Of a stretch of 64,000 bases of DNA, positions 49,676-59,669 are shown in pieces. The stretch comes from an uncultured Chloroflexia bacterium. Lineage in GTDB: Bacteria > Chloroflexota > Chloroflexia > QHBQ01 > JADMIH01. Position 1 is the stretch's first letter, and every line of letters starts with the position of its first letter. A program made the translations under genes and the position numbers. The notes beneath the pieces were generated by a model. The model did not search any database, was not told the origin of the DNA, and was given only the letters and a program-made list of their open reading frames with translations. Location of the stretch: contig CAWCNY010000005.1 of the NCBI GenBank assembly GCA_963797095.1, forward strand, positions 681,507-745,506. The letters run 5' to 3'.

Positions 49676-51259
49676 ATGGCGATGGACCGAGTGTGGAAAG
49701 CGGTAAACGAGCATAGAACTGCGTGGGTGGGCGTATTGCTCGCGCTGGGGGCGTTTGTGCTTTATGGACTGACACTTGCCCCCTCGGTAATGCCGGGAGA
49801 TTACGCGGAGTTCCAATTCAGCGCGGCGGTACTGGGCGTGCCGCACCCTACCGGCTACCCACTTTATGTGCTCCTGGGCAAGCTGTTCACGATGCTGCCG
49901 TTTGGAGATGTGGCCTACAGGGTGAACCTATCGTCGGCGGTATACATGGCCGGGGCGGTGGGCGTGGGCTACGGGGGGGCGGTGAGGCTGCTGCGTCTAT
50001 CTGGGTTGCGTCGGGTATGGTGGGCGGGGGTAGTGGGGTTGGGGTTGTTCGCCATCTCGCCGACAGCCTGGTCAATGGCGCTGGTAGCAAGGAGTTACGC
50101 GCTCAACGCGCTGCTGGTGGCCTCGGTGATATTTACGCTGATCACCTGGAGAGCCACTCGCAAGGCAGGTTGGTTCTATGCTTCATGCCTGTTGATCGGG
50201 CTGAGCATCGCGCACCACGGCACAACCTACCTGCTGCTGCCCGCCTACGGGCTATACCTGCTTTTTGTTGAGTGGGAGAACCGGCGACCGGGGGCGGAGG
50301 GCAATCGCACAGCATTGGCACATCCGGCGCGCAGATCGGCGTTGGGGGTAGGGTGCTTGCTGCTGGGTCTTAGCCCACTGCTCTTTCTTGTGTATCGCTT
50401 CGTGTGGGGCGGGCCGTACTACTGGGGGAACCCCACGACCTGGAAGGACTTCTTCAGCCTCCTTACCGGGGGACCGTTCCAGAACCAGGTGTTCGGGTTC
50501 GGCATGGACCTGGGCACGCAGTTCGAGCGAGTATTGTTCGGGCTCAATGAGCTTTCGAATCAGTTTACGCCTATTGGCATAGCTCTCGGGCTGGTTGGGA
50601 TCGTTGTGCTGGCGCGCTACAGGCGGGCGGAGGCCGGGCTGCTCCTGTTGATGATAGCGGGGAACTTCCTGTTCTCCATGAATTACTCGCTGGTAGGATA
50701 CCTCTATTTCATTCCGACGTACCTGATATGGGCGCTGTTTATGTCGGTGGGGGTTGGGTGGGGCGCGCAGGCGGTATGGGCGAGGCTTGAAGGGAGGATC
50801 GGCAAGGCTGTAGCACGGACTTCGCTGGCAGTTGGAGGCGCGGTATTTGTGCTGGCGGTAGGATGGGCGGTCGCGCTGCGCTACCCGAATATGGATCAGA
50901 GCGGGCAGACCGCCAAACGCGATGCTGCGCTTGCTTTACTGAGCAGCGCACCGCAGGGCGCGAGCATCTACCTAGATTGGGAAGACCTGTCGGTGGTGCG
51001 GTTCTACAGGCTTGTATATGGTATGCGAACGGACCTGACGCTCCATTCAGGCGACCCGGCGGATTGGCCGGAAGGTGTCTATTGCGACCTGGAATATGGG
51101 TCATCCGTCTACGTCGCGCCGTTCGCAGGGGCAGAGCCTCCACTGGTGGCCCGCGACTTCGACCTGGAGCCTGCGCCGATGGGCTGGCGGGTAACGGGTG
51201 TGGAGAACGCCAGCCTGTACGCGGTGCCTGCTTGCGGGACTTGTGCAACTTGCAGGTAA
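49676..51259 (+). CDS. DUF2723 (TMEM260-like) GT-C glycosyltransferase
   Basis: TLAPSV.PGDYAEF, GVPHPTGYPLY, AYRVNL.SA, YAL, HH.T; many TM helices. Confidence 0.85.
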   Translation: MAMDRVWKAVNEHRTAWVGVLLALGAFVLYGLTLAPSVMPGDYAEFQFSAAVLGVPHPTGYPLYVLLGKLFTMLPFGDVAYRVNLSSAVYMAGAVGVGYGGAVRLLRLSGLRRVWWAGVVGLGLFAISPTAWSMALVARSYALNALLVASVIFTLITWRATRKAGWFYASCLLIGLSIAHHGTTYLLLPAYGLYLLFVEWENRRPGAEGNRTALAHPARRSALGVGCLLLGLSPLLFLVYRFVWGGPYYWGNPTTWKDFFSLLTGGPFQNQVFGFGMDLGTQFERVLFGLNELSNQFTPIGIALGLVGIVVLARYRRAEAGLLLLMIAGNFLFSMNYSLVGYLYFIPTYLIWALFMSVGVGWGAQAVWARLEGRIGKAVARTSLAVGGAVFVLAVGWAVALRYPNMDQSGQTAKRDAALALLSSAPQGASIYLDWEDLSVVRFYRLVYGMRTDLTLHSGDPADWPEGVYCDLEYGSSVYVAPFAGAEPPLVARDFDLEPAPMGWRVTGVENASLYAVPACGTCATCR

Positions 51260-51268
51260 GGGATCCTG

Positions 51269-51305
51269 TTGCGTATTGCGTATTGCGTATTGCGTATTGC
51301 GTGTT
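51269..51305. repeat. 7-nt tandem repeat (TTGCGTA x5)
   Basis: Tandem copies between two glycosyltransferase genes. Confidence 0.9.
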
Positions 51306-51324
51306 GGTAAGTAGGAATGAGTAG

Positions 51325-52995
51325 ATGGCGGTGACAGAGAGAGCAAGACTATCGTTGGAGTTGGGACCCCTGGACCGTGTGGCGGTGGGAGCGATTGTGC
51401 TTGGGTATGTGGTAGTCACTGCGTTGATGCCACCTGTACGCGATTTCGCTTTGCTGGACGACTGGGTCTATACACGGCTGGCCGAGGGGATCGTGCACGG
51501 GCAGGGGCTTGCGCCATCGCAGTACGCTCAGGCCACGCTCATTTTTCATGAGTTCTGGGGCGCGGGGTTTGTGGCTCTATTGGGTGACACGTTCACCGCG
51601 GTCACTCTTGCGACCGTGACATTGAGCCTGCTGGGGGCGCTGGCTTTCTACGCGATCCTGAGGGTACTCGGATTCTCGACAAGTCTGAGCGCGCTGGGTG
51701 TGGCGATTCTTGTACTAAATCCTTATTACCTGTACCTGAGCTACACCTACATGACTGAGGTCACGTTCACCTCAATGGCGCTGATCTCTTGTTTCTGCTA
51801 TCTGCTAGGGATCTGTGGCAACAGGACGAAAGACGATGGACCAAAGGCGATGGACAATAGAGGGGCAAAGATGAGCGCATCCATCGTCTGGTTGGCGCTC
51901 GGCGGCCTGTTCGCGGCGCTGGCTTTCTTGACGAGGCAGTTCGGGCTGGCGCTGCCTGTGGCGGCCCTGGCCTGGCTGTTTGTGGCGCGCAAGATGACGA
52001 TTACGAAGGCTTTGGCAGTGTTGGCGCTACCGTTGGTGGCGGTCATTGGCTATTACGTGTGGAGCAGCAAGTTCGGAACGACTTTCAGCGGTAGCGTGGG
52101 CCGCGAAGAGATATTAGAACTGGCGAATCCGGGGGAATGGGCGCAAAGGGCTGCGCGGTTCGTCTATTTCGCCCTTTTCCTGCCGGGGCTGACCGTACCG
52201 CTGTGGAGCAAGCCCAGGCGATGGCGGGTCGGCCTTGCGCTGTCGGTGTTGGGGGGTGTGGCGGCTTTCGGGCTGTGGCAGTTAAAGCTGCGATTGGCAA
52301 GCGAAGGCCAAAGCTCTCTGGACGAGCTTTCCTTTACATGGCTGCGCCCTGTGTTCGGTGATGGAGTGCTTATCACGCTTGTGTACTCGGTTGGCGCGGG
52401 GCTGGCAGTATGGCTGCTGTTCGGGATGGCCGAGCGAGCCTGGCCCGCTCTGGTAGGGATATTCACGCGGAAGATGGAAGCACCGCCCGCGCTCCTCTTC
52501 TTCCTTGCGGGCGCGATCCTGTTCGCGGGCACTTATGTGGTGAGCGCGGGGTTCCTCGACAGGTACTGGGTGCCCGTGCTGCCGTTCCTGATTGCGGGTG
52601 GTTTGTATGGGGTAAAGAGATGGTCGTGGCGCTTGTTGGTTCCGGCGCTGGCGGTTGTCGGTGTATTTGGCGCACTTGTGCACCTGGACGATTATGCCGC
52701 GATGCAGGCTAGGTGGGACGCAGGCCGCGACCTGCTCGCGAGCGGGGTGCCCGTTGACAGGATAGAGAACGGCTACGCCTGGGACGGCTATTACCTGGGT
52801 GATAGCAGCATGGCGCGCTACCCTAACCTGGATGTGAGGGTCATAGGTCGCATCTTCCCTCCATACGAGGTGATCGTGCCGGATTATGTGATCGACAACG
52901 TGCCCATGGAAGGCTACACGATAGTGGATAGATACCGATACTTCAGTTACCTGAATGGATGGGGCTATCGTGAAATGCTGGTGCTGAAGAGGTAG
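51325..52995 (+). CDS. GT-C glycosyltransferase (ArnT/PMT-like)
   Basis: LDDWVY, NPYY..LSYTYMTEV, LTRQ, DRY; many TM helices. Confidence 0.82.
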   Translation: MAVTERARLSLELGPLDRVAVGAIVLGYVVVTALMPPVRDFALLDDWVYTRLAEGIVHGQGLAPSQYAQATLIFHEFWGAGFVALLGDTFTAVTLATVTLSLLGALAFYAILRVLGFSTSLSALGVAILVLNPYYLYLSYTYMTEVTFTSMALISCFCYLLGICGNRTKDDGPKAMDNRGAKMSASIVWLALGGLFAALAFLTRQFGLALPVAALAWLFVARKMTITKALAVLALPLVAVIGYYVWSSKFGTTFSGSVGREEILELANPGEWAQRAARFVYFALFLPGLTVPLWSKPRRWRVGLALSVLGGVAAFGLWQLKLRLASEGQSSLDELSFTWLRPVFGDGVLITLVYSVGAGLAVWLLFGMAERAWPALVGIFTRKMEAPPALLFFLAGAILFAGTYVVSAGFLDRYWVPVLPFLIAGGLYGVKRWSWRLLVPALAVVGVFGALVHLDDYAAMQARWDAGRDLLASGVPVDRIENGYAWDGYYLGDSSMARYPNLDVRVIGRIFPPYEVIVPDYVIDNVPMEGYTIVDRYRYFSYLNGWGYREMLVLKR

Positions 52996-55192
52996 CCTTT
53001 GGAGCGGATGTTTGCTCCATTCGCTTGAGGTGGACCAAAAGCACGGCTATATCGGCGGGGGTGACGCCCGCGATGCGCGAAGCCTGTCCAACGGTGGCTG
53101 GGCGGAAGCGCGCCAACTTTTCACGAGCCTCGATCTTGAGGGCGACAAGGTCCAAATAAGGGAAGTCGGTGGGGATTGCGCGTTCTTCCAGCCTATGTGT
53201 GCGGGCGATCTCGGCCTCCTGCTTGGCTATGTAGCCGGCATACTTGGCGGCGATCTCGGTTCCCTGGGCGGCCTCGTCCATAAAAGGATCAGAAATATCG
53301 ACGTCGGGAAGGAGTACCGGGAGCGCGGTATAAGGGGTATCCTGGCGGCGCATATATTCGAGCATTGTGGTGTGCTTGCCGGGCTCGGGGGAGTCGTAAC
53401 CCGCAGAGCGTAATTGCGCGCCTACCGCGTTGGTGACCACGCCTTCTCCCAGGCGCGTGAGGGCATCGTCTATGATCTCTTGCTTGCGAAGCACCTGCTT
53501 GTATCCCTCCTCATCAATGAGGCCGAGAGCATGGCCTATCGGCGTGAGCCGCAGGTCGGCATTATCGGAGCGAAGTAGCAGGCGATATTCAGCGCGGGAG
53601 GTCATCAGACGATAAGGCTCGCGATGGTCCATGCCGGTGAGGTCGCTCGCCATCACGCCGATGTAAGCAAGGTGGCGAGGGAGCACCAACGGCCTGCGCG
53701 CATGAATGTCCTCCATAAGATCGTGATACGATAAGTGATTATTGCGTACTGCGTATTGCGTAGTGCTTAGTTCTTGCCCCGGCCCATCGTCCGGCCTTCG
53801 TCCTTCGCCTTGTGTCCTTCGACAATATAGGGCTGCATTGACGCCCGCCATGATACCCTGTCCTGCGGCTTCTTCGTATCCTGAGGTGCCGTTGATCTGG
53901 CCCGCGAGGAAGAGGCCCGCCACGCGCTTGCTCTCAAACCAGGCTGTAATCTCACTGGGAGGGACGGCGTCGTACTCCACGGCGTAGCCGATGCGCATGA
54001 TCTCGGCGTTGCGGAGGGCAGGGATCGAGCGGATTAGCGCCCATTGCGCGTCTTCGGGGAGGGATGTGCTGCAACCCTGCACGTAAACCTCGTTGGTGCG
54101 CCAGCCTTCAGGCTCAAGGAAAAGCTGGTGGCTCTCTTTGTCGGCGAAGCGGTATATCTTGTCCTCGATGGAAGGGCAGTAGCGCGGCCCAACACCCTCG
54201 ATTGAGCCATTGAACATCGGAGCGCGATGGAGGTTATCGCGGATGATCTTATGGGTTTCGGGGGTAGTGTGGACGAGGTAGCAAGCCATTTGCCTGCGCC
54301 AGGGCTTCACAGACGAAGGACGATGGACGGTAGACGAAAGCTCGCTACCTTCGTCCTCCTGCGGATAGGTTGCGAGTGGCTCCAACTCTGTTGCAGGGAG
54401 GCGGTCGTGGCTGAAATAGATGGGCGTTGGGCTGCCAGGCTGGAACCCGGTGAGAGAAAAATCAATGGTGCGGGCGTCGATACGCGGGGGCGTGCCCGTC
54501 TTGAGCCGCATAAGTGGGAACTGGAGGTCGCCCAGCGCGCCTGATAATTCGTTGGAGGGGGCTTCGCCGGAGCGGCCCGCAGCCGAGGTGAACTCGCCGG
54601 AGATGATACGCCCGCGAAGGAAAGTGCCCGTGGTGAGCACCACGGAGAAGGCGCGATAGGCGCGGCCCGTGGCGGTGGTCACTCCAACTACCCTGAGCCT
54701 GCCGCGCTGGTCCAGCATGGCACGATCCGCCGCGCCGCTTTCGTGGCTGAGGGTGCGGGCGAGATGATCGGGAGCGGCTTCGGGGTGAAGGGGCTCCAGA
54801 AGGAGGCCCGCAACGATGGCCTGCTTGAGGTGCAGGTTGGGGGTGGTCTCCAGGACGGTCTTCATGGAAAGGGCGTAGAGCTTCTTGTCGCACTGTGCCC
54901 TGGGCACCTGTACAGCAGGCCCTTTGCGGACGTTGAGCATCCTTATCTGGATGGAAGTGCGGTCGGTGTTGCGCGCCATCTCACCGCCGAGGGCATCGAT
55001 TTCGCGCACAACATGGCCCTTGGCGGGACCGCCTACGGAGGGATTGCAGGGCATTAGAGCCACCGTATCAAGGTTCATGGTAAGGAGGAGAGTACGGTGG
55101 CCCATACGCGCCGAGGCTAATGCAGCCTCGCAGCCTGCATGCCCGGCACCCACGATTATTACGTCATAGATGTCTGAAGGTAGGGAAGTCAC
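52943..55192 (-). CDS. mnmG: tRNA uridine-5-carboxymethylaminomethyl modification enzyme MnmG (GidA), with three loop insertions
   Basis: GAGHAGCEAA, CNPSVGGPAKG, LKTGTPPR, GPRYCPSIEDK, AGQINGTSGYEEA, TSRAEYRL, GQASRIAGVTPADI. Confidence 0.97.
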   Translation of the reverse strand: MTSLPSDIYDVIIVGAGHAGCEAALASARMGHRTLLLTMNLDTVALMPCNPSVGGPAKGHVVREIDALGGEMARNTDRTSIQIRMLNVRKGPAVQVPRAQCDKKLYALSMKTVLETTPNLHLKQAIVAGLLLEPLHPEAAPDHLARTLSHESGAADRAMLDQRGRLRVVGVTTATGRAYRAFSVVLTTGTFLRGRIISGEFTSAAGRSGEAPSNELSGALGDLQFPLMRLKTGTPPRIDARTIDFSLTGFQPGSPTPIYFSHDRLPATELEPLATYPQEDEGSELSSTVHRPSSVKPWRRQMACYLVHTTPETHKIIRDNLHRAPMFNGSIEGVGPRYCPSIEDKIYRFADKESHQLFLEPEGWRTNEVYVQGCSTSLPEDAQWALIRSIPALRNAEIMRIGYAVEYDAVPPSEITAWFESKRVAGLFLAGQINGTSGYEEAAGQGIMAGVNAALYCRRTQGEGRRPDDGPGQELSTTQYAVRNNHLSYHDLMEDIHARRPLVLPRHLAYIGVMASDLTGMDHREPYRLMTSRAEYRLLLRSDNADLRLTPIGHALGLIDEEGYKQVLRKQEIIDDALTRLGEGVVTNAVGAQLRSAGYDSPEPGKHTTMLEYMRRQDTPYTALPVLLPDVDISDPFMDEAAQGTEIAAKYAGYIAKQEAEIARTHRLEERAIPTDFPYLDLVALKIEAREKLARFRPATVGQASRIAGVTPADIAVLLVHLKRMEQTSAPKATSSAPAFHDSPIHSGN

Positions 55193-55207
55193 GCGTATAT
55201 TTTACCA

Positions 55208-55273
55208 GACGGTAGTCGGTAGTCGGTAGTCGGTAGTCGGTAGTCGGAGTTAGAGTTCCTGGTTCCTGGTTCT
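55208..55273. repeat. 7-nt tandem repeats (GGTAGTC x5; GGTTCCT family)
   Basis: Seen directly upstream of mnmG. Confidence 0.9.
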
Positions 55274-55275
55274 GA

Positions 55276-56010
55276 TTATCGGCCACCATCTGAATATAGC
55301 TCGACAAAGGGGCGACGCTTGACATAGCGAAGACGATCCTGGAGTGGAAGGCCCGTGATCAGGCCTGTAATCAGCCAGTTGATCGTCATTGATATCAGGG
55401 AGCGCAACACGTAATCGTCGGATACGAGGCCGCCTGCCGCCAGGAGAGTGGCCCCGGTGAGGCCGCTCAGGGCAACGAAAGGCAAATAGAAGATGCCACC
55501 GGCAGCATTGGCGAGGGTCCATGCCCACCAGCCAAGATCGACTGTTTCGGGCAAGCGCCGGCTCAAGACAAACGACTGCGGAAGCCCGAACGCCGCACCA
55601 GACAGCGCGCCCCACAGGATGAGGGGGATAAGCACGTTGCACTGAGGGTAGCCGGTGTTCATCGCAAGCACAAGCACGGAGGCTACAGGCCCCAGGAGCG
55701 CCCAACGCAGGACGCCGCCCAGCGCGCTCGCCAATATCCAATCTCGCCAGCCCAGGAGCTTGAGATAGCGCAGTAGAACCAGGCCCTGGAAGAGGCCGAT
55801 CACTGCCCCGGCTACCAGCCCGAAGGGGACCAGCGTCAGCATTACGAGGGTCACAGGCGCATCGGCGGGCACGACCAGGCGAACTGTAGTCTGGGCGATG
55901 AGTTGGCCCAGGAAACCGCCGACCGTGGTGACTATGGCCCACAGCAGCCAGAAACCGCACCCAAGACCACGAGCTTGAGCGGCAGCGTAATCATCGCGTA
56001 CTTCTAGCAT
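55276..56010 (-). CDS. Hypothetical membrane protein with two internal repeats (G...G..Q..VL...W)
   Basis: GAGG RBS; about 6 hydrophobic segments. Confidence 0.75.
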   Translation of the reverse strand: MLEVRDDYAAAQARGLGCGFWLLWAIVTTVGGFLGQLIAQTTVRLVVPADAPVTLVMLTLVPFGLVAGAVIGLFQGLVLLRYLKLLGWRDWILASALGGVLRWALLGPVASVLVLAMNTGYPQCNVLIPLILWGALSGAAFGLPQSFVLSRRLPETVDLGWWAWTLANAAGGIFYLPFVALSGLTGATLLAAGGLVSDDYVLRSLISMTINWLITGLITGLPLQDRLRYVKRRPFVELYSDGGR

Positions 56011-56030
56011 GGAAGGTTATTCCTCTCTGG

Positions 56031-56132
56031 GGACGAAAGACGATAGTTCCTGGTAGTCGGTAGTCGGAGAACGATAGACCTTAAATTAGCAGTACGCAGT
56101 ACGCATTACTCACTCGCCACTCGTCACTCGTC
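56031..56132. repeat. Composite heptamer array (GACGAAA, GGTAGTC, CAGTACG, CACTCGT)
   Basis: Four heptamer families in a divergent intergenic region. Confidence 0.8.
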
Positions 56133-56252
56133 AAGAAATGGGTGCACCCTCGTTATAGCAGAGGATATGCCGCCGGGCATCGGTCTTGGGGCCTATGTTG
56201 AGCGGGTAGCCAAGTGTATAATTGAGGTGCTAATAACAGGAGGATCTTTGCC

Positions 56253-57152
56253 ATGTTTCCCGCGTTGCCAAAGCTGCGTATCGTCTATTTTTCTTCCCGT
56301 CCCTCGGACCTTACTAACGTGGTCGCCCAGGGCCTGCAACAGGCCGGGGCGAATCTATTACTGGTCGTGACCACGCCCGGCCCACCTGCCCGGCGCACCG
56401 ATGCCTACAAAGATGTCGTGCAAAATAAGCTGCCAGGCGTTGATATCCTGGTTACGAGCCACATCCAGAGGCTAACATCGATTATACGCGCACTGGAACC
56501 TGACATGATCTTTGTCACAGGCTTTCCGTGGCGCTTGCCCGCCGAGCTTTTATCGATCCCGCGCCTGGGTAGTATCAACACCCACCCAGCCGCCCTTCCC
56601 AAGTACCGAGGGCCAAACCCCATTTTCTGGCAGATGATGAACGGCGAGACGGAGCTTGGCCTGACGGTGCATCGCATGGATGCCGAGTTCGACACAGGCC
56701 CAATCCTCGCACAGGCTACGTTGCCTATCGACCCTGATTGGTATATAGAGGACCTGGGAGAGCACATAGGCGACATTGGAGTGAAAGTGATAGCGGATGG
56801 CTTCGCCGCCGCGCTTGCGGGGGAGCCAGGCAGGCCCCAGCCCACCGAGGGAGCGAGCTATGCCCCGCTGACCACCGAGGAGGACCGCAGGCTCGACTGG
56901 AACAAACCGGCGCAGCAGCTACGCAACCAGGTGCGAGCGTGGGGTGCCGAAGGAGCCACCGGCAAGATCGACGGCCAGGAGTGGATAGTGAGGCGGGCCA
57001 GGGTGGTCGAGGGCGGCAGGGAGAAGGCGCAAGCGGAGGCAGGCACATTGGTGGACATGGGGCCACAGGGCCAAGCAGTGCAGACCGGAGATGGCTTGCT
57101 GTTGCTTGAGGATGCCGAGCCTTTAGCAGAACCAACGATGATAGAAGAATGA
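56253..57152 (+). CDS. Methionyl-tRNA formyltransferase family protein (probably a paralogue)
   Basis: INTHPAALPKYRGPNP, GLTVHRMDAEFDTGPIL, LDWNKPA, VQTGDG. Confidence 0.82.
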   Translation: MFPALPKLRIVYFSSRPSDLTNVVAQGLQQAGANLLLVVTTPGPPARRTDAYKDVVQNKLPGVDILVTSHIQRLTSIIRALEPDMIFVTGFPWRLPAELLSIPRLGSINTHPAALPKYRGPNPIFWQMMNGETELGLTVHRMDAEFDTGPILAQATLPIDPDWYIEDLGEHIGDIGVKVIADGFAAALAGEPGRPQPTEGASYAPLTTEEDRRLDWNKPAQQLRNQVRAWGAEGATGKIDGQEWIVRRARVVEGGREKAQAEAGTLVDMGPQGQAVQTGDGLLLLEDAEPLAEPTMIEE

Positions 57153-57155
57153 GAC

Positions 57156-57891
57156 GGGTGCACGTCAGGATTTAGGCAACTTTGTTGAGGCGGGTCTTGG
57201 GCCAGCTTTGCTCCCAGCGTTGGCTCAACAACTCAGCTCTCAGCGCGAGCACTCCTTGCGCTCATCTTTTGCCCCAACACATGCCCGCCCCCTTCAACCT
57301 GGCTCCTATCAGCCGCTTGCATGCGCTTTCCACCGTGCCACTTCCAATAGGATATCCCCACGCTCTGTACTCCGAGTAGCGCATCCTCTCTTGGTTGGTC
57401 TCGAAGTAGTGGATCTCCGAGCCACCCGCTTCTCCTTGTGAGCCTTCACGCTTACCTTCTCAATTCAGAGCCACAATCACCGCTTCTACCCTCCCCTCCC
57501 ATAACTCGCGCTCCCACCGCTTCACCCACCTCGCAGCCTCGGTTGTGCCCTGCCCGAAGATGCCATTACCTGCCGCCCACAAGTGCTCCACCGCATGGTA
57601 CCAGTCCAGCACCTCTACTCGGTTGGCAAAGTGCTCATCGAAAAGTGCTCATCGAATTGTACCCAGTTGGAGGCTGCCCCATCTCCCAGGCACACTACCA
57701 CCTCGTTAGGACCGATCCCCCGCCTCCATGCCTCGGCAGCCAACCTCTCTCCTGCTTGTTCCATCGAGCCACACTCAGCTATGTAGCTCTGGCTTCCCTC
57801 TACTGCTTCTGCTCCCTCTACTTCACCCTGCTCATTCAACTTGGCAGTGGCTCGAAACACCACCCCTGCTTTGGCATCATGCCACCCACCC
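57156..57891 (-). mobile_element. ISKra4-family remnant (3' part of transposase, frameshifted)
   Basis: GWHDAKAG, LGDGAASNW, LDWYHAVEHL, GYPIGSGTVESACKRLI..RLKGAGM.W; end GGGTGCACGTC; flanked by 9-bp GAATGAGAC repeats. Confidence 0.85.
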
Positions 57892-57901
57892 GAATGAGAC
57901 G

Positions 57902-59399
57902 GATAGCGTTCAGAATTAGGGTGTGAGGGGCTGGGGTTGGGGCTGGGGTTGGGGTTGAGAGAGAAGGGTGAAACACTCAAAGAAGGGGTTGAGACCCTTA
58001 GCTCGCCAGGTGCCGAACAATGTAGCCAGCCTCATGCGTGTGGCACTCCCCCTTGCTGATTGCGACCCTCCCGACACCTTGCGCATCACCACCACCGCCC
58101 GCACACTCCTCTCCGCCAGGTTGTTGTCCGCCGAGAGGCCACTTTGTAGTACGAAGCGGAATAGCTCGTCCTGGTGGCGAAGCAACCTCTTGCACAGAGC
58201 ATGACATGGGTGCTCCTTGTGAGGCTTGGCTGAGGCGTACTTGCCTCCCAACTCTCTCACACCCTCCATTAGCTCAATGTACAACACTTCTCTCTCTACC
58301 GCAGAAGGTGGACCGTGTTCACCCTGTTCGCACTGTTCAGCTCGCAGGCACTCTTGGGCTGTGTCATACAGAACCCGCACCCCTTTGGCCCACTCCACCA
58401 CTTCTTCATTCCCTTTGTGCTCTTCCTTCAACTCGTGTAAGTCCCTCAGCAGATGCACCCAGCATCGTTGGTGTTCTCCTGGGAATTCATTGTATGCCGC
58501 GTAGAAGTCGGTGACCAACACTCCCTTGAACTGTGAGCCGAGGATACGCCTGGCCACTGCTCCTCCCCGACTGTGGTCATACTCGTAGTATCGCTCACCA
58601 TGGGGCGTGCAGAAGCACCAGATATAGCCATTCTGCCCACCTTCTCGCCACCCTGTCTCGTCCCCATGCACCACACTGCTCTGTCTTACCTCCTCTTTGA
58701 TATCTTGTGCTGCTTTTCTCACCTTCTCTGCCTCGGCCACTCGGTGCAGCAGGTCCGCAATCTCACCTGTAGAGATGAGCAAGTTGTGCACGATGTGCAG
58801 GTATTCTCTAATCAGACGCACCGGCATTCTCAGGGTGGTGCGTAAGTAAGCTATCAGGGAGGCGATGCGTATCCCCATTCTGCTTTGTCCAATCACCTCC
58901 CCCTGAGCGCTCAAATCGAGTGGAGGATAATGCCATTTGGAGCATCGGGCGCACCAACTCTTGAACAACTGGTGCTCGGTGACTTCTACAGGAAGGGGAG
59001 GAGGGAGTTCTATCACCTGGCGTCTGGAGCCGGAGGCCAGTTGGGGCTGGCTTAGTCCATATCCACAGTCAGGGCACATCTCTATGTAGTGCTGCACCGT
59101 TTGGGTGGGTGTTTGCTCTCTACGCCTGGCACCATTTTGGTCTTTGGCTCGTTTGCGGCGTGGTTTCTTCTCGGAGTTAGCCTGGTCTTTGGACTTGGCA
59201 GTGTTGGGCTTGACGAAAGAGGGTGGCTCGCTTCGGTACTTGTCTAGTTGTGCCTGCAACTGGGTGTTCGCAGCCAATGCTTGGGCAAGCTGCTCTTTGA
59301 GGATGACTACTTCAGCCCGCAAAGCCATTACTTCTTCTTCCCAGCTCATGCCTCATACAATATCGTGGAAATTGCCCCACCGCAAATCTGGACATTTAC
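57902..59399 (-). mobile_element. IS66-family element (single-ORF, ISBst12-like)
   Basis: Ends GTAAATGTCCAG / GATAGCGTTCAG; 8-bp TSD ATGAGACG at 57894-57901 and 59400-59407. Confidence 0.9.
57916..59349 (-). CDS. IS66-family transposase
   Basis: Leucine zipper, CPDCG zinc finger, HGDETGW, VTDFYAAY, QRCWVHLLRD, DNNLAERSVR, RKVSGG. Confidence 0.93.
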   Translation of the reverse strand: MSWEEEVMALRAEVVILKEQLAQALAANTQLQAQLDKYRSEPPSFVKPNTAKSKDQANSEKKPRRKRAKDQNGARRREQTPTQTVQHYIEMCPDCGYGLSQPQLASGSRRQVIELPPPLPVEVTEHQLFKSWCARCSKWHYPPLDLSAQGEVIGQSRMGIRIASLIAYLRTTLRMPVRLIREYLHIVHNLLISTGEIADLLHRVAEAEKVRKAAQDIKEEVRQSSVVHGDETGWREGGQNGYIWCFCTPHGERYYEYDHSRGGAVARRILGSQFKGVLVTDFYAAYNEFPGEHQRCWVHLLRDLHELKEEHKGNEEVVEWAKGVRVLYDTAQECLRAEQCEQGEHGPPSAVEREVLYIELMEGVRELGGKYASAKPHKEHPCHALCKRLLRHQDELFRFVLQSGLSADNNLAERSVRAVVVMRKVSGGSQSARGSATRMRLATLFGTWRAKGLNPFFECFTLLSQPQPQPQPQPLTP

Positions 59400-59413
59400 A
59401 TGAGACGCGAAAT

Positions 59414-59442
59414 TTGACGGGTCGCGAAATATCCTGTATAAT
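59414..59442 (+). promoter_or_regulatory. Sigma-70 promoter of rplJ-rplL
   Basis: TTGACG-N17-TATAAT. Confidence 0.8.
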
Positions 59443-59485
59443 GCGGTGTTCGGTTCGTTTTTCGAGCCGCCGAAAAAACAGAATA

Positions 59486-59669
59486 GCCTGAGACAGCCGG
59501 CGCGCCCGCAGAGGCGCTTAATACAACAGCCCGCCGAGGCGAGAATTCCGACAGCCCAACAGACGGCACAGGTTGTAACCATGTGCATGGGCGGTTTGGA
59601 AGAATTGGAGCACAAATGCCCCATGCCTCGCACGCGAAAAGCGTCACCTCAGGCATGAGGGCTTTTTTA
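59486..59669 (+). promoter_or_regulatory. L10 leader RNA with attenuator terminator
   Basis: AGACAGCCGG...TTAAT...CCCGCCGAGG core, then GCCCCATGCCT...AGGCATGAGGGC-TTTTTT. Confidence 0.8.

Noticed and set aside
52943-52995. 53-bp convergent overlap of mnmG and the glycosyltransferase
   Set aside because: It involves only a non-conserved C-terminal extension; short tail overlaps are common.
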